This document shows, piece by piece, positions 53,019-54,734 of a DNA stretch of 54,734 nt (its first letter is position 1; each line of letters opens with the position of its first letter). Origin of the DNA: Chiloscyllium plagiosum (lineage: Eukaryota); assembly GCF_004010195.1 (NCBI RefSeq), contig NC_057749.1, positions 12,093,282-12,148,015 of the forward strand, written 5' to 3'. The translations under genes were made by a program, and so were the position numbers. The notes under the pieces were generated by a model. It was given only the letters and a program-made list of their open reading frames with translations. It made no database searches and was not told where the DNA came from.

Positions 53019-53727
53019 GTTTTCTTTCAGCAAGCCAATTATTGATCCAAACTGCTATGTCTCCCACAATCCCATTCCTCTGCATTTTATATAATAGCCT
53101 ACTGTGGGGAACCTTATTGAACGCCCTGCTGAAACCCATATACATCACATCAACCGGTTTACTCTCATCTACCTATTTGGTCATTTTGTCAAAAAACTCA
53201 ATAAGATTCGTTAGGCACGACCTACCCTTCACAAAACCGTGCTGACTGTCCCTGATCAGATTATTCTTTTCTAGATGATTATAAATCCTCTCTCTTATAA
53301 CCTTTTCCAACACTTTACCAATTACTGAAGTGAGACTCACTGGTCTGTAATTACCAGGGTTGTCTCTACTACCCTTTTTGAACAAGGGAACCACATTTGC
53401 TATCCTCCAGTCCTCAGGCACGATTCCTGGAGACAATGATGATTTGAAGATCAATGCCAAAGGCTCAGCAATCTCTTCCCTTGCTTCCCAAAGGATGCTA
53501 GGATAGATCCCATCCGGCCCAGGGGACTTATCTATTTTCACAGTCTGCAGTATTTCTAATACCTCTTCCTTGTGAATCTCAATCTCTTCTAGTCCAGATG
53601 CAAGTATCTCTGCATCTTCCTCGCCAACATTTTAATTTTCTATAGTGAACACTGTCGAAAAATATTTATATAGTGCTTCCCCATCTCCTCTGATTCCACA
53701 CACAACTTCCCACTATTATCCTTGATT
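53019..53727 (-). mobile_element. CR1 internal fragment, same subfamily as 16206-18906
   Basis: KSPGPDGIYP...NYRPVSLTS...QHGFVKGRSCLTNL. Confidence 0.9.
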
Positions 53728-54605
53728 TAAGCTTTTCAGTAAAAGCTTAAGGACGCAAAGAAAACTGAAACAATTATTTTCTAAAAGCAAACAAACAATC
53801 TTAAAAGTAATCATGATTTAGTAAATAGATTGTCATATCACAATAGCCTTGGAGAACCCACCACCATAATGTACTAGATTTTCTTGCTAAAAATGACTGT
53901 CAATTGTGCAGTTATTAGATAAACATAAGAAATCAATTAACTAATTGTAAACTGTAAACTAATCCACAAAAACAATATTTCAATGAGCAAGTTATTAATC
54001 AATGGAAGAGGCTCTCAAGGGTGGCAGCACTGAGTCATTCAATATAAAGCAGATCATTTTCTTTTTAAAAAATTGAATTTCAGGATATGATAAAGGTAAT
54101 AAATTAAGTTATCATTCTAAATGGGAATAGTTTTATTTATGCAGCTGAGGACCTTCGTGAAAGTCTAAAGAGGTTACCTCAAAATCCAATGTATTTTGTG
54201 ATAGTTTTTGTAAGCCATTATTTTGTGCAGCATAACTGGGTACATTAAATTTCTGGTTAGTATAGCTTATACTTTAAGTTAGGTTTCTTGACCCTGAAAT
54301 ATTTGGGAGGTCTAGTTTAATGCACAGAAAGGTAGTTGTACAATTAAAGACAATTACTTCAAGATCTTAGAGCTTCATAGATTTTTTTTTGGCCAGGGTG
54401 GGAGTTCTTACAGTAAACCTTTTAGCAAAACATTCACACAACCCCTAGCTTGCTTTTAGATTATTATGGCTCTTGGAGCCAGCGTGTATACAATCCTACA
54501 CTTGTATCTTTGAAATTATTTCTTTTATATGTTTTGTTCAAAGTAACCATAGTTAATCACTGCTGTAAGAAATAGAGGGAACCAGATTATAAAGTTTAAA
54601 GTTCT

Positions 54606-54734
54606 ACAGGGACAGGATTGGCTGTTGCAGGTTCCAGGGTTTAAATGTTTTAGTAGGGTCAGAGGTGGGGGTAAAAGAGGGGGAGGTGTGGCATTGCTTG
54701 TCAAAGATAGTATTACAACGGTGGAAAGGACGAT
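54606..54734 (+). mobile_element. CR1 APE fragment running off the window end
   Basis: LQVPGFKCF...KRGGGVALLVKDSIT. Confidence 0.8.

Overview
This is eukaryotic genomic DNA, most likely from a shark or other cartilaginous fish (inferred from HE1-type V-SINEs and HER1/CR1 LINEs). It holds five minus-strand coding exons (49644-49745, 48369-48496, 34526-34638, 20231-20358, 12570-12719). They splice in frame (621 nt, all GT-AG) into the catalytic OTU domain of a Cezanne-family deubiquitinase, best read as OTUD7A. The gene extends past both window ends. The introns are mostly decayed, often nested retroelements: many CR1 copies, a near-full-length L1 with target-site duplication (TSD), RTE, Tx1-like, Rex1/Babar and L2-like LINE fragments, HE1 and Deu-domain SINEs, and Penelope-like elements (PLEs). 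Almost all ORFs in the supplied track are repeat fragments or noise. The most notable hidden layer is a set of minimal type-I hammerhead ribozyme motifs (CUGANGA-N-stemII-GAAACGUC) in at least four repeat families. Several sit in short TSD-flanked insertions, some with fold-back structure, and several are sense to the OTUD7A pre-mRNA. Family and gene assignments come from remembered motifs, not database searches, and repeat boundaries without a TSD are approximate.
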